From: Escherichia coli
GTDB taxonomy: Bacteria; Pseudomonadota; Gammaproteobacteria; Enterobacterales; Enterobacteriaceae
Assembly: GCF_003334315.1 (NCBI RefSeq)
Contig: NZ_QOWR01000011.1
Length of the DNA stretch: 64,000 nucleotides
Strand: one strand, 5' to 3'
This document shows, piece by piece, positions 51,343 through 59,607 of the stretch. The position numbers and the translations under genes were made by a program. The stretch's first letter is position 1. Each line of letters begins with the position of its first letter. The notes below the pieces were generated by a model that saw nothing but the letters and a program-made list of their open reading frames with translations, was not told the DNA's origin and ran no database searches.

Positions 51343-52832
51343 AACGCCCCAATTTTCTGTTCGTCATGACCGATACCCAGGCCACCAATATGGTCGGTTG
51401 CTATAGCGGTAAACCGCTGAATACGCAAAATATTGATAGTCTGGCGGCGGAAGGTATTCGCTTTAATTCCGCCTACACCTGTTCACCGGTTTGTACGCCT
51501 GCACGGGCCGGACTATTTACCGGTATCTACGCTAACCAGTCCGGCCCGTGGACCAACAACGTCGCGCCAGGCAAAAACATCTCCACTATGGGGCGCTACT
51601 TTAAGGATGCCGGCTATCACACCTGTTACATCGGCAAATGGCATCTCGACGGTCATGACTATTTCGGCACTGGCGAGTGTCCGCCGGAGTGGGACGCTGA
51701 TTACTGGTTCGATGGGGCGAACTATCTTAGCGAACTGACGGAAAAAGAGATTAGCCTGTGGCGCAATGGCCTAAACAGCGTCGAAGATTTACAGGCGAAC
51801 CATATCGACGAAACCTTCACCTGGGCGCATCGTATCAGCAATCGGGCGGTGGATTTTCTGCAACAGCCTGCGCGCGCAGACGAGCCTTTCCTGATGGTGG
51901 TTTCGTATGATGAGCCGCATCACCCGTTCACCTGTCCGGTGGAGTATTTAGAGAAATACGCTGATTTTTACTACGAGCTGGGCGAGAAAGCACAGGATGA
52001 CCTGGCTAACAAACCGGAACATCACCGCTTATGGGCGCAGGCGATGCCATCGCCAGTCGGTGATGACGGGCTTTATCACCATCCGCTCTATTTTGCCTGT
52101 AATGACTTTGTTGATGACCAAATCGGACGGGTCATCAATGCCTTAACGCCAGAGCAACGTGAAAATACGTGGGTTATTTATACCTCCGATCACGGCGAAA
52201 TGATGGGCGCACATAAGCTGATCAGTAAAGGGGCGGCGATGTATGACGACATCACCCGCATTCCGCTGATCATCCGTTCGCCGCAAGGGGAGCGGCGACA
52301 GGTCGATACGCCAGTCAGTCATATCGATTTACTGCCGACAATGATGGCGCTGGCAGATATTGAAAAACCAGAGATTCTGCCGGGGGAAAATATCCTTGCC
52401 GTGAAAGAGCCACGCGGCGTGATGGTGGAATTTAACCGCTACGAGATTGAGCATGACAGCTTTGGCGGTTTTATTCCGGTGCGTTGCTGGGTGACGGATG
52501 ACTTTAAACTGGTACTCAACCTCTTCACCAGTGATGAACTTTACGATCGCCGTAATGACCCAAATGAAATGCATAACCTGATCGATGATATCCGTTTTGC
52601 AGACGTTCGCAGCAAAATGCATGACGCCTTATTGGATTACATGGACAAAATTCGCGATCCGTTCCGCAGTTACCAATGGAGTCTGCGTCCGTGGCGTAAA
52701 GATGCACGGCCGCGCTGGATGGGGGCGTTTCGTCCACGTCCACAAGATGGCTATTCGCCAGTTGTACGCGACTATGACACCGGCCTACCGACACAAGGGG
52801 TGAAGGTGGAGGAGAAAAAACAGAAGTTCTGA
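51339..52832 (+). CDS. yidJ: Putative sulfatase (type I sulfatase family)
   Basis: 497-aa ORF with sulfatase signature region CSPVCTPARAGLFTG (C/S-x-P-x-R) near the N-terminus. Confidence 0.88.
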   Translation: MKRPNFLFVMTDTQATNMVGCYSGKPLNTQNIDSLAAEGIRFNSAYTCSPVCTPARAGLFTGIYANQSGPWTNNVAPGKNISTMGRYFKDAGYHTCYIGKWHLDGHDYFGTGECPPEWDADYWFDGANYLSELTEKEISLWRNGLNSVEDLQANHIDETFTWAHRISNRAVDFLQQPARADEPFLMVVSYDEPHHPFTCPVEYLEKYADFYYELGEKAQDDLANKPEHHRLWAQAMPSPVGDDGLYHHPLYFACNDFVDDQIGRVINALTPEQRENTWVIYTSDHGEMMGAHKLISKGAAMYDDITRIPLIIRSPQGERRQVDTPVSHIDLLPTMMALADIEKPEILPGENILAVKEPRGVMVEFNRYEIEHDSFGGFIPVRCWVTDDFKLVLNLFTSDELYDRRNDPNEMHNLIDDIRFADVRSKMHDALLDYMDKIRDPFRSYQWSLRPWRKDARPRWMGAFRPRPQDGYSPVVRDYDTGLPTQGVKVEEKKQKF

Positions 52833-52878
52833 CGATAATGTCCGCTGATGATCACCCGGCGGGCATTATTCAGGCTGC

Positions 52879-53328
52879 TTAAACCAGTGAACCGCCGGTC
52901 AGGAAGGAAAAGATAAGGAATATCAGCAAAATGCTGCACACGATGCCGATACCAAAAAGCAAGGTATGGAAAGCCAGCGTCCCGCCGCCAAAAACCAGCG
53001 CGCCGCGAATGCCCCAGCGATTTTCCTTACGCATACCGCCAATAAATGCGCAAAGTAGCGCAGCAATGGCCAGTGCGATACCGCTTTGATTGAGGATTTT
53101 ATCGACATCTACGTCCTCTTTTTTCTCCACGGTGGTAATTTTTTCGCCTTTTATTCCGGCGAGAAGACCTCTTTTAATTTCAGCCGTTTTGTCCGCCACG
53201 ATGCTTTCAAACGTTGGCGGTGGTGCGGAGAAAGGGCCGAATGAAAAGTGGATAATCCCCATCATTAAAGCGATGGCACCGAACAGCATGCCCAATGAAC
53301 TGATTTTATTTTGAGCTATGATACCCAT
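52879..53328 (-). CDS. yidI: Inner membrane protein YidI
   Basis: 149 aa from internal Met with strong SD (ggaggtcagATG); three predicted TM segments. Confidence 0.75.
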   Translation of the reverse strand: MGIIAQNKISSLGMLFGAIALMMGIIHFSFGPFSAPPPTFESIVADKTAEIKRGLLAGIKGEKITTVEKKEDVDVDKILNQSGIALAIAALLCAFIGGMRKENRWGIRGALVFGGGTLAFHTLLFGIGIVCSILLIFLIFSFLTGGSLV

Positions 53329-53435
53329 CTGACCTCCTTGTAGCGGATGGCAAAAGCATATCAGGAAACGGGCGGACGAAATTCTTAAAAAAACCGCTAA
53401 AGGTAGAGCGTTAGTGAAATTGCAAAGGAGCAACA

Positions 53436-53783
53436 ATGAAAATTTCCCGCCTCGGAGAAGCGCCTGATTACCGCTTCTCGCTGGCTAATGAGCGTACTTT
53501 TCTGGCGTGGATCCGTACTGCACTAGGATTTCTGGCGGCGGGGGTTGGGCTTGATCAACTTGCGCCAGATTTCGCCACGCCCGTCATTCGCGAACTGCTG
53601 GCGTTGTTGTTGTGTCTGTTTTCCGGCGGGTTAGCGATGTATGGCTACTTGCGCTGGTTACGCAATGAAAAAGCGATGCGTCTGAAAGAGGACCTGCCCT
53701 ACACCAACAGCTTATTAATCATTAGCTTAATATTGATGGTCGTGGCGGTGATCGTTATGGGACTGGTGTTGTATGCCGGATAG
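53436..53783 (+). CDS. yidH: Inner membrane protein YidH (DUF202)
   Basis: 115-aa ORF with 3 TM segments. Confidence 0.8.
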   Translation: MKISRLGEAPDYRFSLANERTFLAWIRTALGFLAAGVGLDQLAPDFATPVIRELLALLLCLFSGGLAMYGYLRWLRNEKAMRLKEDLPYTNSLLIISLILMVVAVIVMGLVLYAG

Positions 53784-54135
53784 CCGCAAAGCCAGACGCA
53801 TTGCCGACCCAGGACTGCAGCCGGAGCGCACATCACTGGCGTGGTTTCGTACCATGCTGGGCTACGGCGCGTTGATGGCGTTGGCTATCAAACACAACTG
53901 GCACCAGGCGGGCATGTTATTCTGGATTTCGATTGGCATTCTCGCCATCGTGGCGCTGATCCTCTGGCACTACACCCGTAATCGCAATTTAATGGATGTC
54001 ACGAATAGCGATTTTTCCCAATTTCACGTAGTCCGTGACAAATTTTTGATCTCCCTCGCGGTGTTATCTCTCGCAATACTGTTTGCTGTAACGCATATAC
54101 ATCAACTTATCGTATTTATTGAGAGAGTCGCATGA
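53773..54135 (+). CDS. yidG: Inner membrane protein YidG
   Basis: 120-aa ORF overlapping the yidH end by 11 bp. Confidence 0.8.
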   Translation: MPDSRKARRIADPGLQPERTSLAWFRTMLGYGALMALAIKHNWHQAGMLFWISIGILAIVALILWHYTRNRNLMDVTNSDFSQFHVVRDKFLISLAVLSLAILFAVTHIHQLIVFIERVA

Positions 54136-54629
54136 CAGGAAGTCAGGTCATTGATGCTGAAGAGGACAGGCATAAACTGGTTGTAGAGTACAAGGATGCT
54201 CTGCAACCTGCCGATTTTTATCACAATTTCAAACAGCGGGGCATCCGCTCCGTACAGCTCATTCCCTATCTTGAATTTGATGACCGGGGCGATCTGACGG
54301 CCGCTTCGGTGACAGCAGAGCTGTGGGGGAAATTTTTAATTGCCCTGTTCGAGTGTTGGGTGCGGGCAGATATCAGTCGTATCTCGATTGAGCTTTTTGA
54401 CGCCACCTTACAAAAATGGTGTGGCAGCGAAAACCCGCAACCGCGCTGTGACTGCCAGGCGTGCGACTGGCATCGCCTGTGCCCGCACGCTCGGCAGGAG
54501 ACGCCAGACAGCGTGCTTTGTGCGGGCTATCAGGCGTTTTATTCTTACTCCGCACCGCATATGCGGGTGATGCGTGATCTGATAAAGCAGCATCGTTCTC
54601 CCATGGAGCTGATGACGATGCTGCGGTGA
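54132..54629 (+). CDS. yidF: Cys-rich protein resembling the C-terminal (SPASM-like) part of anaerobic sulfatase-maturating enzymes; no radical-SAM core
   Basis: 165-aa ORF with a CxxCxxxxxCP-type cysteine cluster (CDCQACDWHRLCP) but no CxxxCxxC motif. Confidence 0.7.
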   Translation: MTGSQVIDAEEDRHKLVVEYKDALQPADFYHNFKQRGIRSVQLIPYLEFDDRGDLTAASVTAELWGKFLIALFECWVRADISRISIELFDATLQKWCGSENPQPRCDCQACDWHRLCPHARQETPDSVLCAGYQAFYSYSAPHMRVMRDLIKQHRSPMELMTMLR

Positions 54630-54636
54630 CGTGCGC

Positions 54637-55821
54637 TTAAACGGGCTGCCCCTGATGCGACATCCGCGTCGCCAGCGGCAGCCAGCACAGCACGATCAAC
54701 AATCCCATTAAGGTCATCAACAACCCCAGGCTGCCCTGACCGGTTTGCGGCAACATCGCAGAGAGCGACGCCAGCACGCCGGAACCAATGTTTTGCAGAC
54801 CGCCGACCAGCGCGCCAGCCGTGCCCGCCAGGAAGGGGAACGGCTCCATCGCGCCGCTGGTCGCCAGCGGAAACAGCATCCCGGCACCGAAAAAGAACAG
54901 CGCGGCGGGAACGAGCAGCGTCCAGACATTCATCACGCCAAACCAGTCGGGGATCCACATCAGCAAGCCAGCCAGCAGGCAGCAGATAACCGACTGCCAC
55001 ATTAACGTGGAGAAGCGTTTATTGGGACGTCCGGCAAACCATGCGCCAAAAAACGCTGCCGGAATCGGCAGAATAAACAAAATACTGACCGTCATACTGC
55101 TCAGCCCTAACACCGCGCCCATCAGCACGCCGGAGCAGGCTTCAAAGGCGGCAATCCCGGCCAGACCGCCAATCAGCATCAGCAAATAACAGTTAAAACC
55201 GCTGTTACCGAAAAGCGTTTTATAACTGGTAAGCAGGCGCGTGCGCGGTGCATCGACCGGACGCGTTTCCGGCATCCAGCGGGCCATACTGAAGGTCACA
55301 CCAGCACAAAGAACCAACAAAAAGAGATAACAGGCGCGCCAGTTCCACATCGTATCCAGCAGACCGCCGATTAGCGGTGCGAGCAACGGACTGACGAGAA
55401 TCCCCATGTTTAACAGGCTGTTAGCATGGCGCAACTGTGTCCGTTCATATAAATCTCGCGGTAAAGTACGCGCCATTACGCCGCCAACGCCGGTGCCCAT
55501 CCCCTGCATCGCGCTGGCGGCAATCAACACCGTCAAACTGGAGGTCGTGACCGCGACCAGCGTTGCCAGCATAAAAATGGACATTCCGACGAGGATCACC
55601 GGTCGGCGGCCCACGCGGTCGGAAATCGGGCCATAAAACAGCTGTGAGACACCGTAAGTCAGCAGATAAGCGCCCATTACGCTCTGCACCGCCCCTTCAC
55701 GGACGTTGAGATCGCGCGCCATATCGGCAATAGCTGGAATATAAATGGTTTGCGCCATCTGACCGACGGCCACGAGTAATACCAACATCAATAACAAATT
55801 GACGTTTCTTTGCCTTTTCAT
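54637..55821 (-). CDS. emrD: MFS multidrug efflux pump EmrD
   Basis: 394 aa from MKRQRNVNLLLMLVLLVAVGQ...; 12-TM MFS. Confidence 0.9.
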   Translation of the reverse strand: MKRQRNVNLLLMLVLLVAVGQMAQTIYIPAIADMARDLNVREGAVQSVMGAYLLTYGVSQLFYGPISDRVGRRPVILVGMSIFMLATLVAVTTSSLTVLIAASAMQGMGTGVGGVMARTLPRDLYERTQLRHANSLLNMGILVSPLLAPLIGGLLDTMWNWRACYLFLLVLCAGVTFSMARWMPETRPVDAPRTRLLTSYKTLFGNSGFNCYLLMLIGGLAGIAAFEACSGVLMGAVLGLSSMTVSILFILPIPAAFFGAWFAGRPNKRFSTLMWQSVICCLLAGLLMWIPDWFGVMNVWTLLVPAALFFFGAGMLFPLATSGAMEPFPFLAGTAGALVGGLQNIGSGVLASLSAMLPQTGQGSLGLLMTLMGLLIVLCWLPLATRMSHQGQPV

Positions 55822-55995
55822 TATCACGGATGCTTTTATAAAAATAATTAGAATAAGTCACTACGCATTCCCATAAATGCGGGAGAGGAATCTATCACAT
55901 TGATGAATGTTAGCCAGATATACGCCAGGAATGGGGAATTGTTTAGCGGCAGAATATGTAAACAAAAGCGGCAATAAATGTTGCCGGGAGAGATG

Positions 55996-56033
55996 GTAGG
56001 GCGGATAAGATGCGTCAGCATCGCATCCGACAC
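55996..56033. repeat. REP-like palindromic unit
   Basis: gtagggcggataagatgcgtcagcatcgcatccgacacc matches the REP consensus. Confidence 0.6.
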
Positions 56034-56052
56034 CAACCCGCACGCTAAATAT

Positions 56053-56083
56053 AAAAGGGGAGCGGTTTCCCGCTCCCCTTTGG
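56053..56083 (-). terminator. Rho-independent terminator of tisAB
   Basis: Minus strand: aaaggggagcgggaaaccgctcccctttt followed by atattt; immediately 3' of tisB. Confidence 0.7.
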
Positions 56084-56100
56084 TGCGACTTGAATCTGAA

Positions 56101-56190
56101 TTACTTCAGGTATTTCAGAACAGCATCAAGCAGTTGCAGTGCTGCAACAATGAGTTTGAGGATAAGAATGGCGATATCCACCAGGTTCAT
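56101..56190 (-). CDS. tisB: Type I toxin TisB (29-aa membrane peptide, SOS-induced)
   Basis: Minus-strand ORF translates exactly to MNLVDIAILILKLIVAALQLLDAVLKYLK*; SD caggag 7 nt upstream; not in the ORF track (too short). Confidence 0.92.
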   Translation of the reverse strand: MNLVDIAILILKLIVAALQLLDAVLKYLK

Positions 56191-56300
56191 ACGCGTCTCC
56201 TGTGGTTCAGGAGCACTGCCAGCTGACGTACCTTTCCGCTGCCTGTTGCCAGCTGTTGTGCACGCGGTATCTCAAGGAGAAACGTTGTGCTTGTTGACAT
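56187..56300 (-). other. tisA: tisA upstream ORF of the tisAB transcript (37 codons)
   Basis: Minus-strand ORF MSTSTTFLLEIPRAQQLATGSGKVRQLAVLLNHRRRV* whose stop overlaps the tisB ATG (ATGA); contains the IstR-complementary region. Confidence 0.55.
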
Positions 56301-56424
56301 AACACAGTGTGCTCACGCGGGGTTAAGGCGCTGACGGCACCACCCGTTTCAGCCAGGACTTAGTGCGCCGGGTAACGATGCGGCCCCCGCATAACACATT
56401 GCGTACAGTGATATTATAGAAGTT

Positions 56425-56444
56425 TACTGTATAAATAAACAGTA
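56425..56444. promoter_or_regulatory. LexA box (SOS box) controlling tisAB and the divergent istR-2 promoter
   Basis: TACTGTATAAATAAACAGTA: palindromic CTGT-N8-ACAG with AT-rich core, near-perfect match to the LexA consensus. Confidence 0.85.
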
Positions 56445-56550
56445 ATATTTGGACAAAACGCAAACTGTGATCGATACTCAACTATGCACTAAATACGTCA
56501 AAATTCGTGCCGAAATTGCGCGTTCTGCGCGGAACACGTATACTTTCAGT

Positions 56551-56625
56551 GTTGACATAATACAGTGTGCTTTGCGGTTACCAGCCGCAGGCGACTGACG
56601 AAACCTCGCTCCGGCGGGGTTTTTT
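56551..56625 (+). ncRNA. istR: IstR-1 antitoxin sRNA (about 75 nt); the longer SOS-induced IstR-2 would start upstream near the LexA box
   Basis: TATACT -10 at 56539-56544; 5' segment gttgacataatacagtgtgct complementary to tisAB mRNA (plus-strand 56293-56313); ends in GC hairpin plus U-run (56600-56625). Confidence 0.65.
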
Positions 56626-56754
56626 GTTATCTGCAATTCAGTACAAAACGTGATCAACCCCTCAATTTTCCCTTGCTGAAAAATTTTCCATTGTCTCCCC
56701 TGTAAAGCTGTGCTTGTATAAATATTGTTAAACACAAAACCAACAAGGTCCCCA

Positions 56755-56853
56755 ATGACTACTTCCATGCTCAACGCAAAACTACTACCAACTGCGCCAT
56801 CCGCCGCAGTGGTCGTCGTGCGTGTGGTGGTGGTCGTCGGCAATGCGCCGTAG
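56755..56853 (+). CDS. ivbL: ilvB operon leader peptide IvbL (32 aa)
   Basis: MTTSMLNAKLLPTAPSAAVVVVRVVVVVGNAP*: Val/Leu-rich run typical of attenuation leaders; below the ORF-track cutoff. Confidence 0.9.
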   Translation: MTTSMLNAKLLPTAPSAAVVVVRVVVVVGNAP

Positions 56854-56877
56854 GGACTGGAACAACACACGATTCCA

Positions 56878-56913
56878 AAACCCCGCCGGCGCAAACCGGG
56901 CGGGGTTTTTCGT
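56878..56913 (+). terminator. ilvB attenuator (rho-independent terminator)
   Basis: aaaaccccgccggcgcaaaccgggcggggtttttcgttt. Confidence 0.8.
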
Positions 56914-56958
56914 TTAAGCACCTCCCGGAAAGTCGGCCCAGAAGAAAAGGACTGGAGC

Positions 56959-58647
56959 ATGGCAAGTTCGGGCACAACATCGACGCGTAAGCGCTTTACC
57001 GGCGCAGAATTTATCGTTCATTTCCTGGAACAGCAGGGCATTAAGATTGTGACAGGCATTCCGGGCGGTTCTATCCTGCCTGTTTACGATGCCTTAAGCC
57101 AAAGCACGCAAATCCGCCATATTCTGGCCCGTCATGAACAGGGCGCGGGCTTTATCGCTCAGGGAATGGCGCGCACCGACGGTAAACCGGCGGTCTGTAT
57201 GGCCTGTAGCGGACCGGGTGCGACTAACCTGGTGACCGCCATTGCCGATGCGCGGCTGGACTCCATCCCGCTGATTTGCATCACTGGTCAGGTTCCCGCC
57301 TCGATGATCGGCACCGACGCCTTCCAGGAAGTGGACACCTACGGCATCTCTATCCCCATCACCAAACACAACTATCTGGTCAGACATATCGAAGAACTCC
57401 CGCAGGTCATGAGCGATGCCTTCCGCATTGCGCAATCAGGCCGCCCAGGCCCGGTGTGGATAGACATTCCTAAGGATGTGCAAACGGCAGTTTTTGAGAT
57501 TGAAACACAGCCCGCTATGGCAGAAAAAGCCGCCGCCCCCGCCTTTAGCGAAGAAAGCATTCGTGACGCAGCGGCGATGATTAACGCTGCCAAACGCCCG
57601 GTGCTTTATCTGGGCGGCGGTGTGATCAATGCGCCCGCACGGGTGCGTGAACTGGCGGAGAAAGCGCAACTGCCTACCACCATGACTTTAATGGCGCTGG
57701 GCATGTTGCCAAAAGCGCATCCGTTGTCGCTGGGTATGCTGGGGATGCACGGCGTGCGCAGCACCAACTATATTTTGCAGGAGGCGGATTTGTTGATAGT
57801 GCTCGGTGCGCGTTTTGATGACCGGGCGATTGGCAAAACCGAGCAGTTCTGTCCGAATGCCAAAATCATTCATGTCGATATCGACCGTGCAGAGCTGGGT
57901 AAAATCAAGCAGCCGCACGTGGCGATTCAGGCGGATGTTGATGACGTGCTGGCGCAGTTGATCCCGCTGGTGGAAGCGCAACCGCGTGCAGAGTGGCACC
58001 AGTTGGTAGCGGATTTGCAGCGTGAGTTTCCGTGTCCAATCCCGAAAGCGTGCGATCCGTTAAGCCATTACGGCCTGATCAACGCCGTTGCCGCCTGTGT
58101 CGATGACAATGCAATTATCACCACCGACGTTGGTCAGCATCAGATGTGGACCGCGCAAGCTTATCCGCTCAATCGCCCACGCCAGTGGCTGACCTCCGGT
58201 GGGCTGGGCACGATGGGTTTTGGCCTGCCTGCGGCGATTGGCGCTGCGCTGGCGAACCCGGATCGCAAAGTGTTGTGTTTCTCCGGCGACGGCAGCCTGA
58301 TGATGAATATTCAGGAGATGGCGACCGCCAGTGAAAATCAGCTGGATGTCAAAATCATTCTGATGAACAACGAAGCGCTGGGGCTGGTGCATCAGCAACA
58401 GAGTCTGTTCTACGAGCAAGGCGTTTTTGCCGCCACCTATCCGGGCAAAATCAACTTTATGCAGATTGCCGCCGGATTCGGCCTCGAAACCTGTGATTTG
58501 AATAACGAAGCCGATCCGCAGGCTTCATTGCAGGAAATCATCAATCGCCCTGGCCCGGCGCTGATCCATGTGCGCATTGATGCCGAAGAAAAAGTTTACC
58601 CGATGGTGCCGCCAGGTGCGGCGAATACTGAAATGGTGGGGGAATAA
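56959..58647 (+). CDS. ilvB: Acetolactate synthase I large subunit
   Basis: 562-aa ThDP-dependent enzyme ORF (GDGS...MNIQE ThDP-binding region). Confidence 0.93.
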   Translation: MASSGTTSTRKRFTGAEFIVHFLEQQGIKIVTGIPGGSILPVYDALSQSTQIRHILARHEQGAGFIAQGMARTDGKPAVCMACSGPGATNLVTAIADARLDSIPLICITGQVPASMIGTDAFQEVDTYGISIPITKHNYLVRHIEELPQVMSDAFRIAQSGRPGPVWIDIPKDVQTAVFEIETQPAMAEKAAAPAFSEESIRDAAAMINAAKRPVLYLGGGVINAPARVRELAEKAQLPTTMTLMALGMLPKAHPLSLGMLGMHGVRSTNYILQEADLLIVLGARFDDRAIGKTEQFCPNAKIIHVDIDRAELGKIKQPHVAIQADVDDVLAQLIPLVEAQPRAEWHQLVADLQREFPCPIPKACDPLSHYGLINAVAACVDDNAIITTDVGQHQMWTAQAYPLNRPRQWLTSGGLGTMGFGLPAAIGAALANPDRKVLCFSGDGSLMMNIQEMATASENQLDVKIILMNNEALGLVHQQQSLFYEQGVFAATYPGKINFMQIAAGFGLETCDLNNEADPQASLQEIINRPGPALIHVRIDAEEKVYPMVPPGAANTEMVGE

Positions 58648-58650
58648 GCC

Positions 58651-58941
58651 ATGCAAAACACAACTCATGACAACGTAATTCTGGAGCTCACCGTTCGCAA
58701 CCATCCGGGCGTAATGACCCACGTTTGTGGCCTTTTTGCCCGCCGCGCTTTTAACGTTGAAGGCATTCTTTGTCTGCCGATTCAGGACAGCGACAAAAGC
58801 CATATCTGGCTACTGGTCAATGACGACCAGCGTCTGGAGCAGATGATAAGCCAAATCGATAAGCTGGAAGATGTCGTGAAAGTGCAGCGTAATCAGTCCG
58901 ATCCGACGATGTTTAACAAGATCGCGGTGTTTTTTCAGTAA
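58651..58941 (+). CDS. ilvN: Acetolactate synthase I small (regulatory) subunit
   Basis: 96-aa ACT-domain ORF immediately after ilvB. Confidence 0.92.
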
Positions 58942-59016
58942 CCGCTCAAGGCTTGAACAACATCGCGCTTATCGTTAAGGTAAGCGCGTATTTTTTTTAC
59001 CCGCCAGGACAAGACC

Positions 59017-59607
59017 ATGATCACCGTTGCCCTTATAGACGATCACCTCATCGTCCGCTCCGGCTTTGCGCAGCTGCTGGGGCTGGAACCTGATTTGCAG
59101 GTAGTTGCCGAGTTTGGTTCGGGGCGCGAGGCGCTGGCGGGGCTGCCGGGGCGCGGTGTGCAGGTGTGTATTTGCGATATCTCCATGCCCGATATCTCCG
59201 GTCTGGAGCTGCTAAGCCAGCTGCCGAAAGGTATGGCGACGATTATGCTCTCCGTTCACGACAGTCCTGCGCTGGTTGAGCAGGCGCTTAACGCGGGGGC
59301 ACGCGGCTTTCTTTCCAAACGCTGTAGCCCGGATGAACTCATTGCTGCGGTGCATACGGTTGCCACGGGCGGCTGTTATCTGACGCCGGATATTGCCATT
59401 AAACTGGCATCCGGTCGTCAGGACCCGCTAACCAAACGTGAACGCCAGGTGGCGGAAAAACTGGCGCAAGGAATGGCGGTGAAAGAGATTGCCGCCGAAC
59501 TGGGCTTGTCACCGAAAACGGTACACGTCCATCGCGCCAATCTGATGGAAAAACTGGGCGTCAGTAACGACGTAGAGCTGGCGCGCCGCATGTTTGATGG
59601 CTGGTGA
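59017..59607 (+). CDS. uhpA: Response regulator UhpA (NarL/FixJ family)
   Basis: 196-aa ORF; receiver domain plus LuxR-type HTH. Confidence 0.93.

Noticed and set aside
54545-55189. ORFs of 70-151 aa overlapping emrD on both strands
   Set aside because: Embedded in the emrD coding region; Arg/Ala/Gly-rich shadow frames; emrD accounts for the locus.
56478-56975. 165-aa minus-strand ORF spanning the istR/ivbL region, and 70-aa plus-strand ORF 56090..56302 antisense to tisB
   Set aside because: These cover known regulatory RNA and leader elements (IstR, ivbL, attenuator) and tisB; no start context; the small genes tisB, tisA and ivbL explain the locus better.
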